From an uncultured Bacilli bacterium (GTDB lineage: Bacteria > Bacillota_I > Bacilli_A > RF39 > UBA660), in contig CAKPQS010000002.1 of assembly GCA_934179675.1 (NCBI GenBank), positions 752 through 64,751 of the forward strand: 64,000 bases of DNA. The letters are read 5' to 3'. A program made the position numbers and the translations under genes. Positions 1 to 9,076 of this stretch are shown here, piece by piece. The number at the start of each line of letters is the position of its first letter. Position 1 is the first letter of the stretch. Below the pieces are notes generated by a model. It made no database searches, had not been told where the DNA came from, and saw only the letters and a program-made list of their open reading frames with translations.

Positions 1-658
1 TTCTAAAATAACAGTAAATTATATCGCTGAGGCATCAACACTAGTAGATAAAATGATTGATACTAATTATATAGGTGGTGGTAGTAGTAGTAGTGAATCA
101 TCTAAAGGCAATGTTATAAAAGGAAATATAATTCCAGAATATTCAATTATAATAACAGGTAATGATGATATAAAATATGAATCTAATAATAGAGTAAAAG
201 GTACAAAAGTAACTTTAACATCTATATCAGGTAATAATTATGTAACATCATTTAAAATGAATGGAACTACCATAAATGGAAATGAATTTATAATGCCTGA
301 TAACGATGTAACAATAAGTGATATAGTAACAATATCTTGTAAAACAATTGAGTCTGCTCATAATCCATACCCTGATTCGCAAGATAATGTTATACTTGGT
401 GAACATACATTCGAAGGAGCAAAAGCTTTAACAGTCATACTAGATTATCAAACTGAAAGTGCATGGTGTGATTACTTCTTAATATATGATTCTTCTTCCT
501 CAACAACAGGTATAAACAATAATAAAAAATATGGTGGAAGTACTAGAACAAAAGAAACAATAACAATTAACTCTAACTATATCAAAATAACATTTACAAG
601 TGATAGTTATGATAACAACTTTTATGGCCTAAGAGCAATCGTAATCCCTAACTATTAA
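1..658 (+). CDS. 3' part of a DUF285-repeat surface protein paralog. The ORF is open to the window start and carries a ~200-aa C-terminal extension ending ...GLRAIVIPNY.
   Basis: No stop in frame from nt 2. Residues KITVNYIAEASTLVDKMI align with the C-terminus of the 2800-3924 protein (KITVNYTSSTSTLVDNMI), followed by an extra Ser/Gly/Asn-rich tail. Confidence 0.6.
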   Translation, partial: SKITVNYIAEASTLVDKMIDTNYIGGGSSSSESSKGNVIKGNIIPEYSIIITGNDDIKYESNNRVKGTKVTLTSISGNNYVTSFKMNGTTINGNEFIMPDNDVTISDIVTISCKTIESAHNPYPDSQDNVILGEHTFEGAKALTVILDYQTESAWCDYFLIYDSSSSTTGINNNKKYGGSTRTKETITINSNYIKITFTSDSYDNNFYGLRAIVIPNY

Positions 659-779
659 TATATTTAGAAACTATAATGAAATGAAATATTTTTATGCAGA
701 GATTATTGAAAGAGTAGTTAAAATAAAAACTGATATTTAGAATTATTTTCTGTTGAGTCTGTAAATAAATTTGTGTAAA

Positions 780-2150
780 GATAAAATCCTTTCTATGGTA
801 ATATAGAAATATAGAACCAAGGAAGGATTTTTGTATGAAGGAAAATAAAAATAATGAAGTTGTTAAATATTTATTAGAAAATTATGATATTAAAAATGCA
901 AATGATATTGCTTATGCATTAAAAGATATGTTTAAAGATACTATTAAAACTATGATGAATGCTGAATTTGATTCATCTATGGGTTATGAAAAAACGATAA
1001 TAAAGTAGAAAAATCAAACTATAGAAACGGTTATTCTTCTAAAAAGGTAAAAAGTCAATTTGGTGAATTTGAACTATCAGTACCAAGAGATAGAAATGCT
1101 GAATTTGAACCTCAAATTGTTCCTAAAAATAAAAGAGATATCTCTGGTATTGAAGAGAAAGTTATAAATCTTTATGGCAACGGTTTATCTACTAGAAAAA
1201 TAAGTGATTCTATCGAAGATATCTATGGAGTTCAACTATCTGCTACAATGATTAGCAATATAACAAATGCAATTTTAGAAGAGATAGAAGAATGGCAAAA
1301 AAGACCATTAAAAGAGGTATAACCAATTGTATTTATTGATGCTATACATTTTAATATTAAACAAGAAAATGTTATAGTTAAGAAAGCTGCTTATGTAATA
1401 CTAGGTGTTAATGCTGATGATTTTAAAGAAGTGCTTTGAATATGGAATGGAGAAAATGAGTCAGCTAGATATTGGTTAGGTACTTTAAACGAATTAAAGA
1501 ATCGTGGTGTTAAAGATATTTTAATTATATGTTCTGATGGATTAAAAGAAATAAATGAGGCAATCAAAGCAGTTTATCCAAAAGCTATGCAGCAAAGATG
1601 TATTGTTCATTTAATTAGAAATTCTGTTAAATTTGTTTCTTATAAAAATTTAAAAGAATTTTGTAATGATTTAAGAACTATATATAAATCAAATACTGAA
1701 AAGGAAGCAAGAGAAAATTTAGAAAAAGTAAAAAACAAATGGGGTTCTATTTATCCAACAAGTTTAAAAGTTTGGGAAGATAATTGTGAAGCAATTTGTA
1801 CATTATTTAACTATTCCAAGGAATTAAGAAAAATAATGTATACAACAAATGCGATAGAAAGTTTAAATCGTTCATATCGCAAATATACCAAAACAAAAGG
1901 AGTATTTACTAGTGATAATTCTTTAATGAAATGTTTGTTTTTAGCTACTAAAAATGTAGAAAAAAATGGACTACTAGATATCCTAATTGGGATATGATTT
2001 ATAATGAATTAAATATATTATATCCAGAACGATTAAATTGATCTTTGAAAATTATTAAATTTATGTTATTATTTAAGTAACAAAAAGAGATTGATACTAA
2101 TCAACTTTGAACATCTTTATTACCATGGATTGGTAACTTTACAAAAAGTT
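780..2150 (+). mobile_element. Degenerate IS256-family insertion sequence. Boundaries are approximate and no clean terminal inverted repeats were resolved.
   Basis: Contains an IS256/mutator-type transposase reading frame (GYEK...YRNGYSSK...PIVFIDAIHF...CIVHLIRNS...YTTNAIESLNR) broken by several lesions. Confidence 0.55.
837..2041 (+). pseudogene. IS256-family transposase pseudogene. Lesions: a -1 frameshift in an A-tract near 1000, TAA at 1319-1321 in place of the conserved Tyr of the IS256 ...EVYPIVFIDA... region, TGA at 1437-1439, and a frameshift near 1990.
   Basis: Three reading-frame segments each align collinearly to IS256 transposase; the last intact piece is ORF 1587-1997. Confidence 0.7.
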
Positions 2151-2253
2151 TTTTACACTCTCATATAGTATTTGTTGCCCGATATTTTTCTTCTTTTCTT
2201 CATTTAATTTGGTTATTCTTTTCATATTTGCTAAAAAGAGCGTAGTTGTCCCT

Positions 2254-2496
2254 TTATATTGTAATGTCTAGTTTTCCACAAGCATTAGCTTTATCATATC
2301 CATAACTTTTCTTTAGATCAGCATTTTTAGCTTCTAACATATATCTATTTGAATATAATTCTCTAAATTCATCAGTATTCATATAGTCCATTTGTTCAAT
2401 ATGTGTTTCATCTTTTATTTTTACATTAAATGTTTTTGCTTTAGCTCCCTCTTTATAACAACCATCTTTAAATGGACAATGCTTGCATTTTTTCAC
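2254..2496 (-). pseudogene. Fragment of an IS1182/IS5-like transposase (CxxC...C motif region), truncated at both ends.
   Basis: 80-aa ORF with a GTG start: CKHCPFKDGCYKEGAKAK...RYMLEAKNADLKKSYGYDKA resembles the Zn-knuckle and following region of IS1182-family transposases. There is no upstream continuation and it abuts the IS256 remnant. Confidence 0.3.
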
Positions 2497-2520
2497 ATCA
2501 AAAATTTTTAATTATTTTTG

Positions 2521-2551
2521 GTTAATCTATTGTTTTCAATTTAAAAAAATG
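2521..2551 (+). promoter_or_regulatory. Sigma-70-type promoter (TTGTTT-16-TGTATAAT) driving the leader ORF plus DUF285 gene.
   Basis: Hexamers with 16-nt spacing and a TG-adjacent -10, ~35 nt upstream of the leader ORF RBS (AGGATAAGGTG). Confidence 0.45.
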
Positions 2552-2584
2552 TATAATTGATATAGAAGGATAAGGTGTGTATAT

Positions 2585-2803
2585 ATGAATATTGTTGATA
2601 AGTCTATAAATAAAAATACATACATACATACATACATACATACATACATACATACATACATACATACATACATACATACATACATACATACATTACTAAA
2701 TAATAAAAAAATTAGTATTTTTGATAGTGATTTAATAGGAGTAGATTATATAGATTCTGGTCCTATTTTTAGTGTATTTAATTTATTGGGAGGAACAATA
2801 TGA
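2585..2803 (+). CDS. Leader ORF (72 aa) containing the tetranucleotide repeat, translated as (YIHT)n. Its stop codon overlaps the start of the downstream DUF285 gene (ATGA).
   Basis: ATG with RBS. The ORF reads through the (ATAC)19 tract and ends in TGA at 2801-2803, overlapping ATG 2800. The first 10 codons (MNIVDKSINK) are conserved in the second cassette copy at ~38010. Confidence 0.5.
   Translation: MNIVDKSINKNTYIHTYIHTYIHTYIHTYIHTYIHTLLNNKKISIFDSDLIGVDYIDSGPIFSVFNLLGGTI
2616..2691 (+). repeat. Perfect tetranucleotide repeat (ATAC)19 (equivalently (TACA)n) inside the leader ORF.
   Basis: 76 nt of uninterrupted ATAC units, counted directly. The paralogous leader at 38030-38045 has only ~1-2 units. 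Confidence 0.95.
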
Positions 2804-3924
2804 AGAAGAAAATTTTATTTTTATCAATATTATGTTTATTATTTGTAACATTAAGTTATACTTATTCATCATTTAATAATACTATTGTAGGTACTATAAC
2901 AGCTAATGTAAAAGATTGGGTATTTAAAGTAAGTGTAAATAATGGTACTATCAAAGATGGTGGATATAATTTACATTTAAGTGGTACTAGTGGATCATTT
3001 AACATTAATATTAATACTACTGGATCTAAAAGTGGAGCAGATTATACTATTGAATTAATAGGAGATAGTTCAATTAAGTTTTATACAGATAGTAGTTATA
3101 CTAAATTAATTAATAATAATATATATAGTGGATCTATAGATAGTAATACTAGTAGTAGTGTTACAATATATTATAAGTTTGATACTAATATTAATAGTGA
3201 TATTTTAATAAAAACTAAAGGTACTATAATGGAAATTGCAACGATGAAGAATGGGAATATTTTTTATCTTCGTAGTACTGAATTTTGGAATGCAGCATAT
3301 AGACCTTATATAAGAACGATTAATTTTGGTAATGATTTAAGTAATTTACCAAGTACTTGTACAGAAGAAAATTTATGTTGGGATATATCTGAAAGTCCAA
3401 CTCAAAAGAAGAAAGTGTATGGATATTTAGTTGATACTGGATTAAAAGATAGTACTGATAATACAGAATCATTATATAATTTATATATTGTAAGTGAAGC
3501 ACCGATATTTGCACCATCAAATTGTAGAGGATTATTTTCATTATCAACAATTGGACATAGTAAAGAAATATCAAATTTAATATCTATAAATTTTAATGAT
3601 AATTTTAATACCGCAAATGTAACATCTATGGAAAGTATGTTTTCTGACTGTTCATCCTTAACAAGTATAGATTTAAGTGGTTTTAATACTTCGAATGTAA
3701 CAAATATGGAAGAAATGTTTTTTTATTGTGAATCCTTAACAACAACAATAAATATAATGAGTACAAGTGTTACGAATTATTCAGAAATGTTTAGTGCTGC
3801 AGCAACAGCTAGTGGTGCTAAAATAACAGTGAACTATACATCATCAACAAGTACTTTAGTAGATAACATGATTGCAACTAAATCATCTAATAGCAATGTT
3901 ATAAAAGGAGTCCAAATAAATTAA
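2800..3924 (+). CDS. Secreted surface protein with C-terminal DUF285-type (Mycoplasma-like) leucine-rich repeats. It has an N-terminal signal peptide and may be phase-variable.
   Basis: Signal peptide MKKKILFLSILCLLFVTLSYTYSSF. C-terminal repeats of type MFSDCSSLTSIDLSGFNTSNVTNMEEMFFYCESL fit the DUF285 motif. Strong RBS GGGAGG 6 nt upstream. Confidence 0.75.
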   Translation: MKKKILFLSILCLLFVTLSYTYSSFNNTIVGTITANVKDWVFKVSVNNGTIKDGGYNLHLSGTSGSFNININTTGSKSGADYTIELIGDSSIKFYTDSSYTKLINNNIYSGSIDSNTSSSVTIYYKFDTNINSDILIKTKGTIMEIATMKNGNIFYLRSTEFWNAAYRPYIRTINFGNDLSNLPSTCTEENLCWDISESPTQKKKVYGYLVDTGLKDSTDNTESLYNLYIVSEAPIFAPSNCRGLFSLSTIGHSKEISNLISINFNDNFNTANVTSMESMFSDCSSLTSIDLSGFNTSNVTNMEEMFFYCESLTTTINIMSTSVTNYSEMFSAAATASGAKITVNYTSSTSTLVDNMIATKSSNSNVIKGVQIN

Positions 3925-3953
3925 ATATAATTTTAAAATAATATTAATATATA

Positions 3954-3980
3954 AATCAGGTTATTCCTGATTTTTATTTT
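3954..3980 (+). terminator. Rho-independent terminator (AATCAGG-ttatt-CCTGATT followed by a T-run).
   Basis: 7-bp stem, 5-nt loop and TTTTTATTTT tail downstream of the 2800-3924 CDS. Confidence 0.7.
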
Positions 3981-4058
3981 AAAAATAAATAAAAAAATAA
4001 AAAATTTAGTTTAAAAACAATAAAAATTTGGTATAATACTATAGAAGTTGGTGATATT

Positions 4059-6866
4059 ATGGATAAAATAATAATAAAAGGAGCAAGAGAAAATAATTTA
4101 AAAAATATTAATATTGAATTACCTAAAAATAAATTTATAGTAATGACAGGTGTATCAGGATCAGGGAAAAGTAGTTTAGCATTTGATACAATATTCGCCG
4201 AAGGAGAAAGAAGATATATAGAATCATTAAGTGCTTACGCAAGACAATTTTTAGGTGGATCAGAAAAACCAGATGTTGATAGTATAGAAGGATTAAGTCC
4301 CGCTATTGCGATCGATCAAAAAACAACCAATAAAAACCCAAGAAGTACAGTAGGAACAGTAACAGAAATATACGATTATTTAAGACTACTATATGCAAGA
4401 GTAGGAGTACCATATTGTCCAGTACACAATAAACCTATAACAAGCCAAAGTATAGAAGAAATGACAAACCAAATAATGAATCTAGAAGAAAATAGTAAAA
4501 TAAGAGTCTTAAGTCCTATTGTATATGGAGAAAAAGGAACTCAAGCAGATATATTTGACAAATTAAGAAAAGAAGGATACGTAAGAGTTGTTATAGATGA
4601 TGAAGATTATGATCTAAGCGAAAATATTGAATTAGATAAAAATAAAAAACATAATATTTTTGTTGTAGTAGATAGATTAATAATCAAAGATGGTATTAGA
4701 ACAAGACTATACGAATCAATTGAAAACGCAAGCAAATTAAGTAAAGGTAAAGTATGTATTGATTATATAGGTCATGAAATGATTGTAATGAGTGAAGCAT
4801 ATGCATGCCCAGACTGCGATTTTAGCCTACCAGAACTAGAACCAAGAATGTTTAGCTTTAATGCTCCTTATGGATCATGCCCTGAATGTAAAGGATTAGG
4901 CATAAAACAAAAAATTGATCCAGATTTAATAGTATCTGACTATAATTTAAGTATATATGAAGGCGCAATTATACCACTCAATAGCGAAGATTCTAATATC
5001 TTTTTTACTCAATTAGAAGCAACAGCTAAAAAATATAATATTGATTTAAACAAAAAATTAAAAGACCTAAAAAAAAGTGAATTAGATATTATATTTTATG
5101 GATCAAAAGATGAAATAGATGTTAAATACGTTGCTAAAAATGGTAATGTAAGATATGCCAAAGAAAAATATGAAGGTATAATTACCAATTTAGAAAGAAG
5201 ATACATTGAAACAAAAAGTGATTGGATAAGAAATTGGATTGAACAATTTATGACAGAATTAGAATGCCCTAAATGTCATGGAGCAAGATTAGATGATTCA
5301 GTACTATCAGTAAAAATAAACAAAAAAAACATCTATGAATTAACATGTTTAAGTATCGAAGAATTAAAAACATTTTTAGAAAATTTGAAATTGAGTAAAG
5401 AAAAAGAAGAAATAGCAAAACTCCTAATAAAAGAAATATTATCAAGATTAACATTTTTAGTAAATGTAGGGCTAGACTATTTAACATTAGCACGAAGTGC
5501 CTATACATTATCTGGCGGTGAAGCCCAAAGAATACGTTTAGCAACACAAATAGGATCAAGATTAACAGGCGTATTATATGTACTTGATGAACCATCAATA
5601 GGACTTCATCAAAGAGATAACCAAAGATTAATAAACAGTATGCTAGAAATGCGTGATTTAGGAAATACCTTAATAGTAGTTGAACATGATACAGATACAA
5701 TGCTAGCAGCTGACTATTTAGTAGACGTTGGACCTGGAGCAGGAATTCATGGTGGCAATATAGTAGCACAAGGAACACCAAAAGAAGTAATGCAAAATGA
5801 AAATAGTATAACAGGTGCATATTTAAGTGGCAAAAGAAAAATAGAAGTTCCAAAAACAAGAAGAAAAGGCAATGGATTATATTTAGAAATAAAAGGTGCC
5901 AGCGAAAATAATTTAAAAAATATTAATGTAAAATTCCCATTAGGTAAATTTATATGTATAACAGGAGTATCTGGTTCAGGTAAAAGTTCGCTTATCAATG
6001 AAATATTATATAAAGCTGTATATAGTAATATTTATAAATCTAAAATAAAACCAGGAAAATTCAAAAAAATACTAGGACTTGAAAATATTGATAAAGTAAT
6101 TGATATATCACAAGCACCAATAGGTAGAACACCACGAAGTAACCCAGCAACCTATACAGGTGTATTTGATGATATTAGAGACGTATTTACAGAAACAAAA
6201 GAAGCTAAAATAAGAGGATACGATAAAGGTAGATTTTCATTTAATGTAAAAGGTGGAAGATGTGAAGCATGTTGGGGAGATGGTGTCAAAAAAATAGAAA
6301 TGCACTTTTTACCAGATGTATATGTTCCATGTGAAGTATGTGGAGGAACAAGATATAATAGAGAAACACTTGAAATAAAATATAAAGGAAAATCAATATA
6401 TGATGTTCTGGAAATGAGAGTTGAAGAAGCAATCGAATTTTTTGAAAATATACCAAAAGTAAGAAATAAACTTCAAATGTTATCAGATGTAGGATTATCT
6501 TATGTAAAATTAGGACAAAGTGCTCCAACATTATCAGGAGGAGAAGCAGGAAGAGTTAAACTTGCTAAAGAACTTCAAAAAAAAGCAACTGGTAAAAGTT
6601 TATTTATACTAGATGAACCAACAACTGGTTTACATTCAGAAGATATTAAAAAATTATTAGTAATTCTAAACAGAATAGTTGATAATGGTGATACAGTTAT
6701 TGTAATTGAACATAATTTAGATGTTATTAAAGTAGCTGATCATATAATTGATTTAGGCCCAGAAGGTGGCGAAAAAGGAGGCAACATAATTGCCCAGGGA
6801 ACACCAGAAGAAGTAGCAAAAATAAAAGGAAGCTATACAGGTGAGTTTTTAAAGAAATATTTATAA
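4059..6866 (+). CDS. uvrA: Excinuclease ABC subunit A.
   Basis: 935 aa with two ABC ATPase modules (GVSGSGKSSL twice), Zn-finger Cys clusters and LSGGEAQRIRLA signatures. An extended -10 (TGGTATAAT) lies upstream. Confidence 0.95.
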   Translation: MDKIIIKGARENNLKNINIELPKNKFIVMTGVSGSGKSSLAFDTIFAEGERRYIESLSAYARQFLGGSEKPDVDSIEGLSPAIAIDQKTTNKNPRSTVGTVTEIYDYLRLLYARVGVPYCPVHNKPITSQSIEEMTNQIMNLEENSKIRVLSPIVYGEKGTQADIFDKLRKEGYVRVVIDDEDYDLSENIELDKNKKHNIFVVVDRLIIKDGIRTRLYESIENASKLSKGKVCIDYIGHEMIVMSEAYACPDCDFSLPELEPRMFSFNAPYGSCPECKGLGIKQKIDPDLIVSDYNLSIYEGAIIPLNSEDSNIFFTQLEATAKKYNIDLNKKLKDLKKSELDIIFYGSKDEIDVKYVAKNGNVRYAKEKYEGIITNLERRYIETKSDWIRNWIEQFMTELECPKCHGARLDDSVLSVKINKKNIYELTCLSIEELKTFLENLKLSKEKEEIAKLLIKEILSRLTFLVNVGLDYLTLARSAYTLSGGEAQRIRLATQIGSRLTGVLYVLDEPSIGLHQRDNQRLINSMLEMRDLGNTLIVVEHDTDTMLAADYLVDVGPGAGIHGGNIVAQGTPKEVMQNENSITGAYLSGKRKIEVPKTRRKGNGLYLEIKGASENNLKNINVKFPLGKFICITGVSGSGKSSLINEILYKAVYSNIYKSKIKPGKFKKILGLENIDKVIDISQAPIGRTPRSNPATYTGVFDDIRDVFTETKEAKIRGYDKGRFSFNVKGGRCEACWGDGVKKIEMHFLPDVYVPCEVCGGTRYNRETLEIKYKGKSIYDVLEMRVEEAIEFFENIPKVRNKLQMLSDVGLSYVKLGQSAPTLSGGEAGRVKLAKELQKKATGKSLFILDEPTTGLHSEDIKKLLVILNRIVDNGDTVIVIEHNLDVIKVADHIIDLGPEGGEKGGNIIAQGTPEEVAKIKGSYTGEFLKKYL

Positions 6867-6924
6867 TTAATCTTTTGATATAAAGAATTAACATTAAAAA
6901 AAATTTGTGTAAATAATTATCAAT

Positions 6925-6949
6925 AAAAGCTTAAATGCTTTTTCTTTTT
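6925..6949 (+). terminator. Rho-independent terminator after uvrA (AAAGC-ttaaat-GCTTT plus T-run).
   Basis: Hairpin followed by TTTCTTTTT. Confidence 0.55.
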
Positions 6950-6984
6950 GTACAAAAATGATATAATTTTAGAAGGAGAAAAAT

Positions 6985-9036
6985 ATGGTATTAATAATTG
7001 CAGAAAAACCAAGCCTTGCAAGAAATATAGTAGCAGGAATAGGTGAAATGAAAAAATTAAATGGTTATTTTGAAGGATGTGGATATATAGTATCTTGGGC
7101 ATATGGACATCTTTTTTCATTATGCGATATAGAAGATTATCTAGAAGATAAAAATCCTAAATGGCGATTAGACAATATACCATGTTTTCCACAACAATTT
7201 AAATTTAAATTAAAAAACGATGATTCAGGAATAACTAAACAATTTAATTTAATAAAAACACTATGTAATAGAACTGATGTTGAAAAAATAGTAAATGCTG
7301 GAGATGCTGATAGAGAAGGCGAAATAATAATAAGATTATGCGTAAATAATGCCCTAAAAGAAACTAAACCATTCTATAGATTATGGCTTCCTGATCAAAC
7401 ACCAGAAACAGTAAAAAAAGCATTATCTGAAATGAAAAATGAAACATTCTATAACAATTTAGCAAACGAAGGATTTGCACGAACATATATTGACTGGCTA
7501 TATGGTGTTAATTTAACAAGATTTGCGACCTTAAAAACAGGAACACTATTAAGAGTAGGAAGAGTAATAGTACCAATAGTAAAAGCAATATATGATAGAG
7601 ATACACAAATAAAAAATTTTATACCAGATATATATTATGGTATTTCCAGTAAAGAAGAAACAAATGGTGAAATTGTAGAATTAAATAGTAAAATAAAATT
7701 TAATAAAAATGAAAAAGAAAAAGCAATAAATTATTGTAAAGAATATAACAATTTAGAAGCAATAGTAGAAGATAAAAAACAAAAAAAAGATACCCTTTCA
7801 CCAGGTAAACTATATTCATTATCAAAACTACAAAATGTCCTTGGAAAAAAATATAAAATGTCAATGGATAAAAGTTTAAGTATTGTTCAAAAACTATATG
7901 AAGAAGGATACTTAACATACCCAAGAACCAATAGTGAGTATCTAGCAACCGCTGAAATGGATAAATTTAAACAAATAATTAACAATATAAAAAAAATGGG
8001 ATATAGTGTAGAATTTAAAAATAAAAAAACAATTTTTGATGATTCAAAAATAGAATCACATTCAGCATTAACACCAACATATAAAATACCTAAAAAAGGT
8101 GTCTTAAAAGATGAAGAATTGACAGTATATTTAACCGTATTTAAAAGATTTTTAGCAGTCTTTTGTAGTGAAGATGCTATTGTTAATAAATGTGAAATAG
8201 TAGTTAATTTAGGAAATAAAGAAAAATTTACTTTAAAAGGATCAACAATATTAGAACAAGGTTGGACAAAGTATGATGATTATACAACCAAAGATAAAAT
8301 ATTACCAAATTTAAATATAGGCGATAAAGTAAATATCAATTTTAAAGAAATTGAAAAAGAAACAACACCACCAAAACATTATACAATTGAAACATTAAAT
8401 AATTATCTTAAAAATCCATTTAAAGATGAAAAAGCAAATAATGATGATGATACTGAAGACTATAAAGCAATATTTGAAGGATTAGAATTAGGAACAGAAG
8501 CAACAAGAACAGGAATTATTGATAATGCTAAAAAAAGTGGATATATTGAATTAAAAAAAGATACATACTATATTTTACCAAAAGGAGAATATTTAATAGA
8601 ATCATTAAAATCAATGAATATATCAATGGATAAATATAAAACAAGTGAATTAGGAAAAGCTTTAAAAAAAGTTTATCGTGAAGAAATAGAAATAAAAGAT
8701 GCTGTTAATTTAGCATGTAATGAAATAAAAGAAATATTTGATTCTAAAAATAAAATAGATGATAATGGTTTTTTTGGTGATATAGTTGGAAAATGTCCAT
8801 TATGTGGTGAAGATGTTATAAAAAATAGATATGGATTTGGATGTCGAAACTATGTTAATTGTTCGTTTAAAATAAACGGAACAATATGTAAAAAAATAAT
8901 ATCTTTAGAAAATGCTAAAACATTGCTAGAAAATGGTAAAACAAATAAAATAACAGGTTTTATATCTAAAAATGGTAAATCATTTGATGCCTATTTAAAA
9001 TTAGATGAAAATAAAAAAATAGTATTTGAATTTTAA
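6985..9036 (+). CDS. topB: DNA topoisomerase III (type IA).
   Basis: Toprim N-terminus (IIAEKPSLARNI...SWAYGHLF), topoisomerase IA core, C-terminal Zn ribbon CPLCGEDV...GCRNY. Confidence 0.85.
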   Translation: MVLIIAEKPSLARNIVAGIGEMKKLNGYFEGCGYIVSWAYGHLFSLCDIEDYLEDKNPKWRLDNIPCFPQQFKFKLKNDDSGITKQFNLIKTLCNRTDVEKIVNAGDADREGEIIIRLCVNNALKETKPFYRLWLPDQTPETVKKALSEMKNETFYNNLANEGFARTYIDWLYGVNLTRFATLKTGTLLRVGRVIVPIVKAIYDRDTQIKNFIPDIYYGISSKEETNGEIVELNSKIKFNKNEKEKAINYCKEYNNLEAIVEDKKQKKDTLSPGKLYSLSKLQNVLGKKYKMSMDKSLSIVQKLYEEGYLTYPRTNSEYLATAEMDKFKQIINNIKKMGYSVEFKNKKTIFDDSKIESHSALTPTYKIPKKGVLKDEELTVYLTVFKRFLAVFCSEDAIVNKCEIVVNLGNKEKFTLKGSTILEQGWTKYDDYTTKDKILPNLNIGDKVNINFKEIEKETTPPKHYTIETLNNYLKNPFKDEKANNDDDTEDYKAIFEGLELGTEATRTGIIDNAKKSGYIELKKDTYYILPKGEYLIESLKSMNISMDKYKTSELGKALKKVYREEIEIKDAVNLACNEIKEIFDSKNKIDDNGFFGDIVGKCPLCGEDVIKNRYGFGCRNYVNCSFKINGTICKKIISLENAKTLLENGKTNKITGFISKNGKSFDAYLKLDENKKIVFEF

Positions 9037-9049
9037 TACTATACAAATT

Positions 9050-9059
9050 AAAAAAAAAA
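9050..9059 (+). repeat. Homopolymeric A10 tract in the promoter region of the DUF285 paralog at 9077.
   Basis: Ten consecutive A residues, 3 nt upstream of TATATAAT and ~17 nt upstream of the RBS. Confidence 0.9.
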
Positions 9060-9076
9060 TTATATAATTATAATAG

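Noticed and set aside
660-836. Attempt to define the IS256 terminal inverted repeats (GTGTAAA motifs near 775 and 2150).
   Set aside because: Only a short imperfect match was found, so the element ends are probably eroded. Boundaries are given as approximate.
1437-1439. An in-frame TGA inside the IS256 transposase could indicate TGA=Trp (translation table 4), as in Mycoplasma.
   Set aside because: uvrA, topB, dnaK, pheT, rnr and the P-type ATPase all read as single uninterrupted ORFs under the standard code with TGA as stop. The transposase also carries a TAA and two frameshifts, so it is simply a pseudogene.
2616-2691. A regular short-period repeat could be a CRISPR array or minisatellite.
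   Set aside because: The unit is only 4 nt with no spacers, which makes it a simple sequence repeat. No CRISPR-like repeat-spacer arrays were seen anywhere in the window.
5269-5998. Long antisense ORFs (196 and 83 aa) inside uvrA, and similar Leu/Phe-rich antisense ORFs within topB, dnaK, dnaJ, rnr, pheS and other genes.
   Set aside because: These are typical AT-rich antisense artefacts with low complexity and no RBS, fully embedded in well-supported genes.
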